From: Fidelibacterota bacterium
Lineage (GTDB): Bacteria; Fidelibacterota; Marinisomatia; Marinisomatales; UBA1611
Direction of reading: 5' to 3'
NCBI GenBank assembly: GCA_018649625.1
Contig: JABIHN010000040.1
Location: 3,189-67,188 of the forward strand
Length of the DNA: 64,000 bases
Numbering within the stretch: the first letter of the stretch is position 1; each line of letters opens with the position of its first letter. The position numbers and the translations under genes are program-made. Below, piece by piece: positions 8,538 through 18,897 of the stretch. A model generated the notes under the pieces. That model did no database searches, was not told the origin of the DNA, and saw nothing but the letters and a program-made list of their open reading frames with translations.

Positions 8538-9451
8538 TTTAGTTTGTCTTCAAGTTTAAGGGCTTCATCTTTTAAATCAACCAAATCTTTTACTTCAGCC
8601 ATTGTGAATTCATGATTATTAATGCGGCTAACTGTTTCAATATCCACATCGGATATTTTTAAAAATACTTTGGCATTTTGTAAATATTTATGGTTCACGA
8701 TAGATTGTTTTTTTATGAGAAATGATTGTAATTCATTTATGATTTCTGAATGATCATTAAAGTGCTTACACATCCAAGAAAGGAGTTGGGGGTAAAAATT
8801 AGCAGAAATGCCTGAATACCCACCACCACCCGCTTTTTGACTTTCCAATAAAAAACGAGCATCTGCATTTAAGATTTTTAACGGAGATTCTTTGGCAACA
8901 TTCACTTTTTGAGAAAATAATTCCAAACTTTCAGATGTTTCTTTCATCCATACAAACCGACCTGTTTTTGCAGCCCATTTTGTTTCTGTAACTGACAGAA
9001 ATCGATGATAGGGGGCTGGACATTCATACAGCCCTAATGGAATATCTTTCGTGTGCTTAAGAATGTATTCCGCATTTTTAATCCATGTATCAGATGAATC
9101 ATTTTCTTGGGAAAACTGATTAACCAAACAAACCACAAAATCTGCGCCTAAATCGGTCATTTGTTTTATCAATTCTACTTGTCTATTCAAAGTATCAGCA
9201 AATGTGCCACTAACAATCACGGGTACTTTACCATCAACCTTTTGAACAACATATTGCGCCAGAGACTGCCTTTCTTTTATAGAAAGGGCAAACATTTCAC
9301 TGGAACCACAAACGGCGAATAAGCCACCAATATCCGATTTTAAATACCATTGGATTAGGGAGTCCAATCCTTGCCAATCTATTTCATTGGAATGATTGAA
9401 GGGAGTAAGCATCACAGGCCAAACGCCCATTTGATTATTATTTTTCATCAT
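8534..9451 (-). CDS. DapA/NanA-family class I (Schiff-base) aldolase/lyase
   Basis: GSSE motif (family GxxGE), YECP (family YN.P) and MKETS (Schiff-base Lys context). The TGA stop overlaps the downstream start (ATGA, 8534-8537). Confidence 0.75.
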   Translation of the reverse strand: MMKNNNQMGVWPVMLTPFNHSNEIDWQGLDSLIQWYLKSDIGGLFAVCGSSEMFALSIKERQSLAQYVVQKVDGKVPVIVSGTFADTLNRQVELIKQMTDLGADFVVCLVNQFSQENDSSDTWIKNAEYILKHTKDIPLGLYECPAPYHRFLSVTETKWAAKTGRFVWMKETSESLELFSQKVNVAKESPLKILNADARFLLESQKAGGGGYSGISANFYPQLLSWMCKHFNDHSEIINELQSFLIKKQSIVNHKYLQNAKVFLKISDVDIETVSRINNHEFTMAEVKDLVDLKDEALKLEDKLK

Positions 9452-9531
9452 AAATAAACTAAATAAGAATTTCTTTAAGAGATTAAATTAAGGATAATAC
9501 TTAAACGAATACAGAACACAATTCAAAATTT

Positions 9532-12500
9532 ATGAGCCAAAAAACATTAACAATATTTAATTCATTTGAAACCATGTTGAACAATATTGATCAACAGATT
9601 TACACTCCCATCGGTGATTTAAATGTAAATATTTGGAAAACAGACGAACCTGTTTCTTATGCTGATCGAAAAACAGGAGACTATAAAATATTATCTTTGA
9701 AGGAACGATGGGGTGATTTATTCGATTGTGCCTGGATGAACTTTAGCGGGGAAATTCCTGCCGATATTTTTGGTGAAAAGATTGTCTGTATTATAGATAT
9801 CAGTGGTGAAGCGAATGTGGTGGATGAAGATGGTCATCCCAAATCCTGTTTAACAACGCGCTATTCCAATTTCGGTCCAATTAGCATGAAATATGAAGGA
9901 CGACCTGTAAAAAAGACTGTTCCTATTTTGGATAAATGTGTGGGTGGTGAATCCTTTAATTTTTGGATAGAAGCAGGGAATAATGATTTATTTGGCAATT
10001 TTCAAAATAATGGAATTCTTGAAGAAGCATATGTTGCCATCCAGAACAAAAATATATTTGATTTATTTTATGACTATGAAGTATTATTGGACTTATGTAA
10101 ACATATTGAACCCAAAACAGATAGATATAATGAAATTTATATTGCGTTGAAAAAATCTTCAGAAATATTGGAGAATTTCAATGATGAAACTGTTCAATTT
10201 GCCCGCGATATTTTAGGCATCGAATTAAACAAAAAGAATTTAGAAGACACACTACTCATATCTGCCAGTGGACACGCCCATATTGATCTGGCTTGGCTAT
10301 GGCCGATTCGGGAAACCGTTCGAAAAGGGGCACGGACTTTTTCGCACGCATTACAATTGATAGAAGAATATGACGATTATATTTTTGGCGCCAGTCAACC
10401 CCAGTTGTATCAATGGATGAAAGATAAATACCCTGAATTATATGATCGTGTAAAGGTTGCTATTAAAAATAATCGATGGGAACCATTGGGTGGTATGTGG
10501 GTGGAATCGGATACCAATATTCCGAATGGCGAATCTTTGGTCAGGCAATTTCTATACGGAAAAGCATTCTTCAAAAAAGAATTTGATATCGAATTGAAAA
10601 ATTTGTTTTTACCGGATGTATTTGGCTATTCTGGCGCTATTCCCCAGATTATGAAAAAATCCGGTGTAGATTATTTTACCACCATAAAATTATCCTGGGA
10701 TAAATTTGTTAAATATCCCCATGAAACATTTTTCTGGCAAGGGATAGATGGAACAGATGTATTGGTTCATATGCCACCGGAAGGAACGTATAACGGTCCA
10801 GCGGCTCCGAGAGCAATCAAAAAAATTGAAGCCAATTATCAAGATAAAGATGCCACCAAACATGCACTTATGATTTACGGTGTTGGGGATGGCGGTGGTG
10901 GCCCCAGTCGAGATCATTTAGAACGATTAGAGCGATCGGCAAATTTGGATGGAATATCTAAAGTAAAACATTCATTTATTTCTGACTTCTTTGAAAGATT
11001 GGAAAAAGATGGTGACAAATTCCAAACTTGGGTGGGGGAGCTATATTTAGGGCACCATCAGGGAACCTTAACTACGCAAGGAAAAAGTAAATGGTATAAC
11101 CGTAAACTGGAATTTGCTTTTCGAGATCTGGAATATTCATCTATTTTAAGTCAACTTTTTTCAGGGTCAGTTTATCCAAGTAAGGAAATCGAAGATATGT
11201 GGAAGGAAGTATTGCTGTATCAATTCCATGATATTATTCCCGGTTCGTCCATAAAGCGCGTGTATGATGAATCTTTTCCCCGTTATGAATCCATGATGAA
11301 ACAAACGAGTAAATTGACAAATTCGGCTTGGGATTCCTTATCAACTACACTCAATACAGTAGAATTTTCTAACCCTGTATTAGTAAGAAATATATTATCC
11401 TGGGAAAGACATGAATGGTTAAAGTTTGATGAAAATTGGAAAAAGGTTACCATTCCATCTATGGGACATTCTGTTATTGAAAGTCGATTGATAGATTCAT
11501 CTAAATTTTTTGTAAAAGCGACTCAAACATCTATTGAGAATGATTTACTGAAAGTTATTTTTGATGGCAATGGAACAATTATATCCATTTTTGATAAAGA
11601 ACAAAACAGGGAAGTGTTAGCTGAAAATCAAGTCGGAAATGATTTAACTGTATATGAAGATGGGGGAGATGCTTGGGATTTCCCAGTGGATTATCGGGAA
11701 AATATTGCGGGGCAATTCGAATTAAAGAAATCTAACTACTATACAGATGGTCCAAAAGTCGTGATGCGCCAAGAAAGAGAATTTGGTTCATCAACATTAA
11801 CGCAAGATATTGTACTTATTGAAGGGTCTCGGAAATTGGATTTTATAACGCATGTAGATTGGAAAGAAGATGATAAAATGCTTCGAACATCATTTTCTGT
11901 AGATATTTATGCAACCGAATATACATCGGAAATTCAATTCGGGCATGTAAAGCGGCCAACCCATTCCAACACCCAATGGGAGTTCCGCCAGTTTGAAAAC
12001 GCAGCTCACAAATGGGTGGATCTTTCACAACCGGATTATGGTGTGGCATTAATGAATGATTGCAAATACGGGCATTATGTAAAAGGTAATGTGCTGGATA
12101 TAAATTTACTTCGTAGCCCAAATTGGCCTGATCCAACGGCGGACCGATCAGAGCATAATTTCACTTATTCTTTATTTCCACACAGTGGAGATCATATTCA
12201 AGGTGAAGTGGTGAAAAATGCGTATGAATTAAATGTTCCACTAAAGACTCATTTATTAAAGTCACAAAGTGGCGAATTACCACCTCATTGGTCATTTTTA
12301 TCAGTAGATTGTAATAATGTGGTTGTCTCATCAGTTAAGAAATCGGAAGATGGAAATGGAATTATTGTGAGACTATACGAAGCATTCGGATATAAAAAAC
12401 AGGCGACTTTATCTTTTGGAATTGATATTAAACACGTGGCTCTTACGAATTTGATTGAAGAAGAAATAGAAGATTTAGCCGTTGAATCGAACATGGTTAC

Positions 12501-12546
12501 AGTGCCTTTTAAACCATTTGAGATTCAGACCATTCGATTAATTTAA
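9532..12546 (+). CDS. GH38 alpha-mannosidase
   Basis: GH38 N-terminal metal-site motif SGHAHIDLAWLWPIRET; 1004 aa is a typical bacterial GH38 length; no signal peptide. Confidence 0.9.
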   Translation: MSQKTLTIFNSFETMLNNIDQQIYTPIGDLNVNIWKTDEPVSYADRKTGDYKILSLKERWGDLFDCAWMNFSGEIPADIFGEKIVCIIDISGEANVVDEDGHPKSCLTTRYSNFGPISMKYEGRPVKKTVPILDKCVGGESFNFWIEAGNNDLFGNFQNNGILEEAYVAIQNKNIFDLFYDYEVLLDLCKHIEPKTDRYNEIYIALKKSSEILENFNDETVQFARDILGIELNKKNLEDTLLISASGHAHIDLAWLWPIRETVRKGARTFSHALQLIEEYDDYIFGASQPQLYQWMKDKYPELYDRVKVAIKNNRWEPLGGMWVESDTNIPNGESLVRQFLYGKAFFKKEFDIELKNLFLPDVFGYSGAIPQIMKKSGVDYFTTIKLSWDKFVKYPHETFFWQGIDGTDVLVHMPPEGTYNGPAAPRAIKKIEANYQDKDATKHALMIYGVGDGGGGPSRDHLERLERSANLDGISKVKHSFISDFFERLEKDGDKFQTWVGELYLGHHQGTLTTQGKSKWYNRKLEFAFRDLEYSSILSQLFSGSVYPSKEIEDMWKEVLLYQFHDIIPGSSIKRVYDESFPRYESMMKQTSKLTNSAWDSLSTTLNTVEFSNPVLVRNILSWERHEWLKFDENWKKVTIPSMGHSVIESRLIDSSKFFVKATQTSIENDLLKVIFDGNGTIISIFDKEQNREVLAENQVGNDLTVYEDGGDAWDFPVDYRENIAGQFELKKSNYYTDGPKVVMRQEREFGSSTLTQDIVLIEGSRKLDFITHVDWKEDDKMLRTSFSVDIYATEYTSEIQFGHVKRPTHSNTQWEFRQFENAAHKWVDLSQPDYGVALMNDCKYGHYVKGNVLDINLLRSPNWPDPTADRSEHNFTYSLFPHSGDHIQGEVVKNAYELNVPLKTHLLKSQSGELPPHWSFLSVDCNNVVVSSVKKSEDGNGIIVRLYEAFGYKKQATLSFGIDIKHVALTNLIEEEIEDLAVESNMVTVPFKPFEIQTIRLI

Positions 12547-12553
12547 AGATTTA

Positions 12554-12907
12554 TTATTTTTGAGCGGATAGTAAATCAGAAACGACAGTTTCTGGATTAT
12601 TCACATCCACGATTACTTTATCATAATGTCCACCTTCAATATCAATAACGATAGTTTTCTCTTTATTCGTTACATTCCAAAAGTGTTTTTCTCCTTTGCT
12701 TCGAAATGTACCCGCTACAATAATTCCTGGGATATGTGTGCCGGGGAATCGCAGACCTTTCCAAATTCCTTTCATGGCAGTTGGATCTTTTTTAACATTT
12801 TTTATGGAGCTAACAGGAATTTGAATCTTTCTTTTAAATGCCCAAAGTTTATGAAGCCCCTTTAATTCAAAAGTGGCGATTCCATCGGTGATTGTTACGT
12901 TTACCAT
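12554..12907 (-). CDS. Hypothetical small protein
   Basis: 117-aa ORF, 3 nt from the next gene on the same strand. No motif I can name. Confidence 0.4.
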   Translation of the reverse strand: MVNVTITDGIATFELKGLHKLWAFKRKIQIPVSSIKNVKKDPTAMKGIWKGLRFPGTHIPGIIVAGTFRSKGEKHFWNVTNKEKTIVIDIEGGHYDKVIVDVNNPETVVSDLLSAQK

Positions 12908-12910
12908 AGT

Positions 12911-13750
12911 TTATTTTAACTCCACATTTATGATTATTGGAAAATGATCCGAAGGATATTTTAAATCTTTCACATTTGCTAATGCACCATATTTTTTAAT
13001 TTGGATATTTTTATCGTTTACAAAAATATAGTCGATTCTATTTATAACAGGTCTATTGATATCAAATCCGTTAAATGTTCCCACCGGCCCGAAAGGTGGC
13101 TCTTGAGTTAAATCTCGTGAATCATAAAACTCATTTAAAATATGTTGTATTGGGGTCTCGTCTGGTTTCAGATTGAAATCACCCATTAAAAATGCGGGAA
13201 AGTGTTGTTGGTTAATTTCATTTATTATTTCTAAAATTAATTTAGCGGAATTCTCCCGTGCTAATTTCCCTTTATGGTCAAAGTGGGTATTAAAAACCCA
13301 AAACTGTTCACCGTTAGATTTGCTTTTTAGTAATATATACGTGCAAATGCGATTGAGTGAAGCATCCCAACCGCGGGATGGAATATCAGGCGTTTTAGAC
13401 AACCAAAAAGTTCCGTTTTTAATTTCAGTAAATTTCTTTGTGTTATAAAAAATAGCTGAATATTCACCTTTCCCGCCTTCTTTTACATCTGCTCTGGCAA
13501 TGCCCACATAGGAATATGATTTTAATTTCTCATCTATAAATTGGATTTGATGTTCCAATCCTTCTTGCGTTCCCATTACATCTGGTTCGTGAAAGCGAAT
13601 TTGATTTACCAATGTTTCTTTTCGATTCTCCCAAATGTTTTCGCCATCACTTCGACTATCAAATCGGATATTGTAAGTCATTAAGGAAATGTCCTGCCCA
13701 AAAGAAAGTGTGAGTGTAAGTACTAAAAATGTGAATGTTTTATTTATCAT
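12911..13750 (-). CDS. Secreted endonuclease/exonuclease/phosphatase (EEP) family protein
   Basis: Signal peptide; N-terminal LMTYNIRFD and C-terminal PSDHFPI EEP motifs. Confidence 0.8.
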   Translation of the reverse strand: MINKTFTFLVLTLTLSFGQDISLMTYNIRFDSRSDGENIWENRKETLVNQIRFHEPDVMGTQEGLEHQIQFIDEKLKSYSYVGIARADVKEGGKGEYSAIFYNTKKFTEIKNGTFWLSKTPDIPSRGWDASLNRICTYILLKSKSNGEQFWVFNTHFDHKGKLARENSAKLILEIINEINQQHFPAFLMGDFNLKPDETPIQHILNEFYDSRDLTQEPPFGPVGTFNGFDINRPVINRIDYIFVNDKNIQIKKYGALANVKDLKYPSDHFPIIINVELK

Positions 13751-13761
13751 GAGATTTATAT

Positions 13762-13890
13762 GGGGTTAAAACCCCTGCACCTTTTAGTTTTTAGTAGCCC
13801 CGACCTAAAGGACGGGGTAACTATTCTGTTTATACTTACCCCATGCTTTAGCTTGGGGTAAGTATCCCCAAAGAAGTAGGGCTTTAGCCC
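13762..13890. repeat. Cluster of four short GC-stem hairpins with TTTA/TAAA loops
   Basis: Hairpins: ggggttaaaacccc (13762-13775); ccccgacctaaaggacgggg (13798-13817); acttacccca-tgctttagct-tggggtaagt (13834-13863, perfect 10-bp stem); gggctttagccc (13879-13890). They lie between two minus-strand genes. No T-runs follow them. Confidence 0.55.
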
Positions 13891-13916
13891 AAAACTACCT
13901 GATATTATATTCGACA

Positions 13917-16853
13917 TTATTTCTCCACGACCAATTTAAAATTTTCGAATTGGACCAAAGCAGGCCGTTGATCATTAGTGCCGGCGGCTAAACCAATATC
14001 CATGGATTTGCCTAATCCTGTGATTTCTCCGGAACTACGCGATAAAACCCAATATTCGCCGTCAAAACTATAATAGCCAGAAAAGCTATCGCCATGCCGT
14101 TCCATTTTCAGCCAAACTGGGGGAAGAGTGGAGCCTTCGGGATAATTATAACTTTTGGCATTGTGCATAGAACCATCACCGTATTCATCCCATTGAAGTC
14201 CGGCTCTCCCCGGAGTCGTAAACATTAGGACTGATCCCAAACTTCCTGGTTCTGTTTCGTGGCTTTTGGATATATCATTCCGAAGAAAAATCCCTGCTCT
14301 GAACCAATCACTAACCCGTTCACCAAATCCAATTATTTTAACCGTGGCGATGAAATTTCCGTGGATTGCTTTTTTTAAATAGATGGCACCGTAGGAATCT
14401 TCTGCATGGAGAAAATCCGTTCCAGATGCTGTGATTTCAAAGGAGTCATTGCCTAAATCAAATTCGCAGGGTTGAGCAGTGCCGGAACAATACGTAAGAA
14501 AATCATTTTCCGATAAATTTACAGTTTCCATTTCCCAAACGGACACATGAACAGGTGGAAGATCACCAATCGCCACTTTGTGTTTTCCAACGGAAAGCAC
14601 AGCAGAAAAGGTAACACGTCTATTTTCTTTTTGAGATAGAGTGATCGTTTGAGCTTCCCATATTTTCCCATCCACTTTGAGATCGACCGATTCATTCCGA
14701 TCTTGATTGCGAACATTTTGAACAGAACAGGAAATATTTATAGGTGATCCATTTGGTATTTCTAATTGGGAAACGGATAAATCGCTGTAAAGAGTGTATA
14801 ATGATTTTCCGGAAATTCTAATAGATTTGTAAGGTGTATTCCCAATCGCGATTGTATGTTTTCCGGGATCGTAAAATTGATGCTCAAAATGAATCGTTCT
14901 TGAATTGTTAGCAATAACGGGAAATAGTTTTGATTCTATAACCTTCCCATCTATATATAATTCCACAGGAAGCATGCCGGTACTTCCTACATTTTTTACA
15001 TCTGCAGAAATTTTTAATACTTCACCCGTTTTTAATCTTTTTGGACCGGTGAAATTTAAATTAGAAACTGTGAATTTTGGTAGGCCATCAATAATACTTT
15101 CTGGTGGTGTGACTGGTGCTTCAATGGTGAAATTATTTTCATATACATTGTCGGTCAAATAACAGGCACAGAGTTTCATTTCTGCTTGCTGAAGATTGTA
15201 ATAAATATTGTTGGTGACGGTCCATCCAGACGACATATTCTGGAAAAATAGTCCCACATTTTCGTTGGTTTCCGCGTGAGCCACATCATGGATCAGGTTA
15301 TTTCGAACCACCGAGCCTTCGCTCAATCCGTACACAGCAATGCCACCTTCATCGTCTCGTACCAAGCACGTTTCAGACACATGATTGAATTCCACCAAAT
15401 GATTCCCATCACTATTTTCTTCCACATTGGGCCAACTGCCAACGGCAATGCCATAACTCCCAGTTTTTGATACACGGTTGTGTGCGATGGTGGTTCGCAG
15501 GGCATTGGCTGTATAAATCCCTTGGGACGCCGGCCAGCAATCCATGATGGAATTATACGTAATTTGATTATCGTTCACCCAATCTTCAAAATGGTTTGGG
15601 TGAACGGTGCCTGTGGCATTAACACCGTTTCCTTTTACATGGGAAATAACATTATGAGCCACACGATTATGATAAGAACCAATACCCAAATGAACAGCCG
15701 TTTGTCCCACATTTTGGATGGTATTTTTTAGGATTTCACAGTTTTTGGCATAAGAATAATCCAAAGTTGCTGTACCACCTTCTGCTGTTTCTTGAAAGGA
15801 TAATCCATAGAACCGCAGATTGCGAACCGGTTGATCTTGACTCCCTTTTATAGAAATCAATCCTTGAGCATGGGGAACGGTAATAACGGCATCATTTGGA
15901 TTGGATACATCCTGCGGTGGAATAAGACTTAAGACCTTTGTCTTTTCATCAAAATACCATTCACCGGGGGAATCCATGAGTGCTTTCACATTTTCTACAT
16001 AATATTTGGGTGGCACATCCATGAGTCCATTGTGAGATGATTCTAAATAAGCACGGTTATTATTATCAATTGATTTGATGGAACTATGAATCGTAGACCA
16101 TCGAACGACTAAATGAATTCGATTATTTTCCATATTTGGCCATGTCTGAATATCTCCATTATTAAATTGAAAATAGTCGGGATCCGTGGGCATGACTGCA
16201 ACAGGGAAGTAGCCTTTATTGGGCGTCCGTGCTAATGTTTGTCTTTCACCCTTTACATAAAGAGAATTGACTGATTCGCCAGGAAAATGTGTTTCCCAAA
16301 CGCCATTTTGTTTTTTTGTCCAATTTGTGACGGGCTTGCCGCCAGTAATTATGGGTATTTCGTAAGGATAGGCAGCATAAGTCACATAATAATCTTTTAA
16401 TTTATGATATTCAAAAGCACCGGTAGGGAGATTGGTTTCTACCCGTTCACCACCGTCTTTTGCTTCAAATTTTATGGGCTGACTGACAGGATAGATTCCG
16501 CCACGGATAAGTACCAGAATATCTCTTCCATTGCCATAGATATGGGGAGATCCAATAAAACGCGTTTCAATGGGCGGTTCTTTCTTTTCATATACTTTCT
16601 TTTTCAAGTGTCGAATCGCCTGTTGAGCACTTTCAATCGTAGCAAAAGGTCCATCCGTTTTTGCTAAATTGGGTTCCGGTAAGGTACCACTCCATTTATC
16701 ATTTCCATTTACAGCAACATAAAAATCCGCTTCAGAACTTTGGATGGAAAATTCAGACCCCGTTTCGTTACGGAGAAATTTCCCGTCAGCAAATAGGGTT
16801 TGGGTTAGAAATGTGTAAAATAGAATGAGATAAATTGGTTTCATGTTTTTCAT
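13917..16853 (-). CDS. Secreted right-handed parallel beta-helix protein with two CARDB-like domains and a C-terminal concanavalin/LamG-like domain (possible polysaccharide lyase/hydrolase)
   Basis: Start moved to ATG 16853 (MKNMKPIYLILFYTFLTQTLFA signal). The longer ORF-track start would overlap the upstream gene by ~100 nt. Beta-helix repeats (NNLIHDV, NHVSETC, ITYNSIMDC); two VKNVG/VQNV..-type Ig-like segments; C-terminal GAIYLKK..GNFIATVKI..RAGIFLR. Confidence 0.7.
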   Translation of the reverse strand: MKNMKPIYLILFYTFLTQTLFADGKFLRNETGSEFSIQSSEADFYVAVNGNDKWSGTLPEPNLAKTDGPFATIESAQQAIRHLKKKVYEKKEPPIETRFIGSPHIYGNGRDILVLIRGGIYPVSQPIKFEAKDGGERVETNLPTGAFEYHKLKDYYVTYAAYPYEIPIITGGKPVTNWTKKQNGVWETHFPGESVNSLYVKGERQTLARTPNKGYFPVAVMPTDPDYFQFNNGDIQTWPNMENNRIHLVVRWSTIHSSIKSIDNNNRAYLESSHNGLMDVPPKYYVENVKALMDSPGEWYFDEKTKVLSLIPPQDVSNPNDAVITVPHAQGLISIKGSQDQPVRNLRFYGLSFQETAEGGTATLDYSYAKNCEILKNTIQNVGQTAVHLGIGSYHNRVAHNVISHVKGNGVNATGTVHPNHFEDWVNDNQITYNSIMDCWPASQGIYTANALRTTIAHNRVSKTGSYGIAVGSWPNVEENSDGNHLVEFNHVSETCLVRDDEGGIAVYGLSEGSVVRNNLIHDVAHAETNENVGLFFQNMSSGWTVTNNIYYNLQQAEMKLCACYLTDNVYENNFTIEAPVTPPESIIDGLPKFTVSNLNFTGPKRLKTGEVLKISADVKNVGSTGMLPVELYIDGKVIESKLFPVIANNSRTIHFEHQFYDPGKHTIAIGNTPYKSIRISGKSLYTLYSDLSVSQLEIPNGSPINISCSVQNVRNQDRNESVDLKVDGKIWEAQTITLSQKENRRVTFSAVLSVGKHKVAIGDLPPVHVSVWEMETVNLSENDFLTYCSGTAQPCEFDLGNDSFEITASGTDFLHAEDSYGAIYLKKAIHGNFIATVKIIGFGERVSDWFRAGIFLRNDISKSHETEPGSLGSVLMFTTPGRAGLQWDEYGDGSMHNAKSYNYPEGSTLPPVWLKMERHGDSFSGYYSFDGEYWVLSRSSGEITGLGKSMDIGLAAGTNDQRPALVQFENFKLVVEK

Positions 16854-16863
16854 AATAGATTTT

Positions 16864-18897
16864 CTATTCTGTGATTCCTTTCCAGGAATCGGTTCTAAAT
16901 GGTGATGCAGGAAGTCCTTCTTTATTATACAAATTAAAAATGGGATTAGTCGCCCAAGCATAGCGAACTGAAATGGGATTTTGTACTTTGTCAGAAAAAA
17001 CGGTTATGGTTTCTCCTTCGATAACTGCATTGGCCCAATGAAATTTCTGGTTATCGCCGGCAATGGAAAAACCGGTTAGTTTTCCACCTGACTTTGATAC
17101 AAGTCCACTACCAATGTGTTTAAAAGATAGTCTAATTTTATTTTCTTCGATTTCCATGGATTCATAAATAGGTCCCGAATGTACAATGGATTTACCGTAA
17201 ACAATGTTCATAGCATTTAAGGATAATCGTTGCCCAACATCTTGCTTATTCCTTGGATGAATATCTTCAGCATCTCCAATGTCGATTGCTACAGCCATTC
17301 CGGTATTTGGCAATGCTAACGTCATGAGTTGCGCTTCCCGGAGTTCTGCCCAATCATCTTCAAGAAGTTCTATTTGCAATGTTTCATAATTAGCAAGTTG
17401 TACAAAAAGGAATGGAAAGTCACCTTGGTCCCAATTGGAACGCCAATTATTGATGAGAGTTGGGAATAGTGTCTGGTATTGGTGTGCTCTACTCACATTA
17501 CTTTCCCCTTGGTACCAAATGACCCCGCGAATACCAAAAGGAATTAAAGGGTTAATCATTCCATTAAATAAAACCGTTGGTCTATTTGGACCGTAGGGTT
17601 CTGCAGGTGTCATAGGAAAATCAAATATGTCAATTTTTGCAGGATCAATTTTATATTTCCATGTTCCTGCAATAGAGATAGTCCCATGTGTTTTACTCTC
17701 TAAATTGAGTTGTTCAGGTTTACCAAAGATACCACCTACATTTCCGATGTCAATTACTTGCACTGCGATAATATTCTCTTCTCCGGGTTTCACCAATTCC
17801 GCAGGAATAGAATAGGATCGAACTTTAGTGACATGTGTTTCACATCCTACAAATGTTCCGTTGAAATAGGTAAAGTCATAATCATTAATCGGTCCCAAAT
17901 TCAGAATCAAATCTTCGCCATCCCAATCGGTTGGGATTTGAACTTCCTTTCGAAACCACACTATACCGTTATAATCAAGGCCGGCATCTTGCCACACTGT
18001 TGGAATTTTCATTGAATTCCAATCAGAAATATCATAATCTACATTTTGTATATCGTCTTCGCCATTAGGTGAATTAGCAATTGTAGACGTCAGTTCATCT
18101 TTCCATTTATGTAACTGTTTTTGGTAATTCCCTTCTGCTAATTCAGGATATTTGGATTCATTATCTATCATATCTATTTGATTATCGAACAAAGATAGTT
18201 TTTTTAATGATTTTCGATCTGTCCAAGCTTCTATAACTGTTCCACCCCAGGATGAACTTATTAATCCGATTGGTACTTTTAATTTTTCATGTAAATCACG
18301 CCCAAAGAAATAAGCTGTTGCTGAAAAGGGTGGAAGCGTATTTGGTGAACATATTTTCCACCCGTTACTATTGACTTTTTGGCTTAATCTAAGGGACGTT
18401 GTCTGTTCTACATGAAAGAGCCTAATATCTGAATAATTAGAATTAATAATTTCTTCTTCATAATTATTGATATGCCCCCAATTATGGTGAACTGGCATTT
18501 CCATATTTGATTGTCCTGAAGCTACCCAGACTTCACCAATCATGACATTTTTAAACGTGATCGTATCTTGACCCACAATTTTTAATTCATAAGGTCCTCC
18601 GGCAGAAAGGGGAGATAAGCGAACCATCCAATCACCTTTTGGGGACACGTTTACATTTTTGGATTGGCCATTTATGTAAATATTTAATTGAGAATTTGGC
18701 GTTGCTGCTCCCCAAATGGGAACATCGATATTGCGTTGTAAAACCATATTGTCACTGAAAAGGGCAGGAAGTTGAATGTTTGATGCAAGAGTTGGTTGGG
18801 TGGGTATATTTCTAATCCATCTATTAAAAATAAATAACGTAGAAGCGATCAGAATTGTGTAAAAAGTTATTTTAATCATGGGTGTTAAACTCTGCAA
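16864..18897 (-). CDS. Sialate O-acetylesterase-family (SGNH/DUF303) esterase with inserted galactose-binding-like domain
   Basis: Catalytic-Ser motif GEVWVASGQSNMEMP; inserted W.SMKIP..W...G....GIVWFRKEV domain. An alternative start at 18879 would give an ATGATTAA overlap with the upstream gene. Confidence 0.8.
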   Translation of the reverse strand: MQSLTPMIKITFYTILIASTLFIFNRWIRNIPTQPTLASNIQLPALFSDNMVLQRNIDVPIWGAATPNSQLNIYINGQSKNVNVSPKGDWMVRLSPLSAGGPYELKIVGQDTITFKNVMIGEVWVASGQSNMEMPVHHNWGHINNYEEEIINSNYSDIRLFHVEQTTSLRLSQKVNSNGWKICSPNTLPPFSATAYFFGRDLHEKLKVPIGLISSSWGGTVIEAWTDRKSLKKLSLFDNQIDMIDNESKYPELAEGNYQKQLHKWKDELTSTIANSPNGEDDIQNVDYDISDWNSMKIPTVWQDAGLDYNGIVWFRKEVQIPTDWDGEDLILNLGPINDYDFTYFNGTFVGCETHVTKVRSYSIPAELVKPGEENIIAVQVIDIGNVGGIFGKPEQLNLESKTHGTISIAGTWKYKIDPAKIDIFDFPMTPAEPYGPNRPTVLFNGMINPLIPFGIRGVIWYQGESNVSRAHQYQTLFPTLINNWRSNWDQGDFPFLFVQLANYETLQIELLEDDWAELREAQLMTLALPNTGMAVAIDIGDAEDIHPRNKQDVGQRLSLNAMNIVYGKSIVHSGPIYESMEIEENKIRLSFKHIGSGLVSKSGGKLTGFSIAGDNQKFHWANAVIEGETITVFSDKVQNPISVRYAWATNPIFNLYNKEGLPASPFRTDSWKGITE

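Noticed and set aside
16854-16961. The 36-codon N-terminal extension of the beta-helix ORF given in the track (start 16961).
   Set aside because: It would overlap the 3' end of the upstream esterase gene by about 100 nt. A typical signal peptide (MKNMKPIYLILFY...) begins at the internal ATG 16853.
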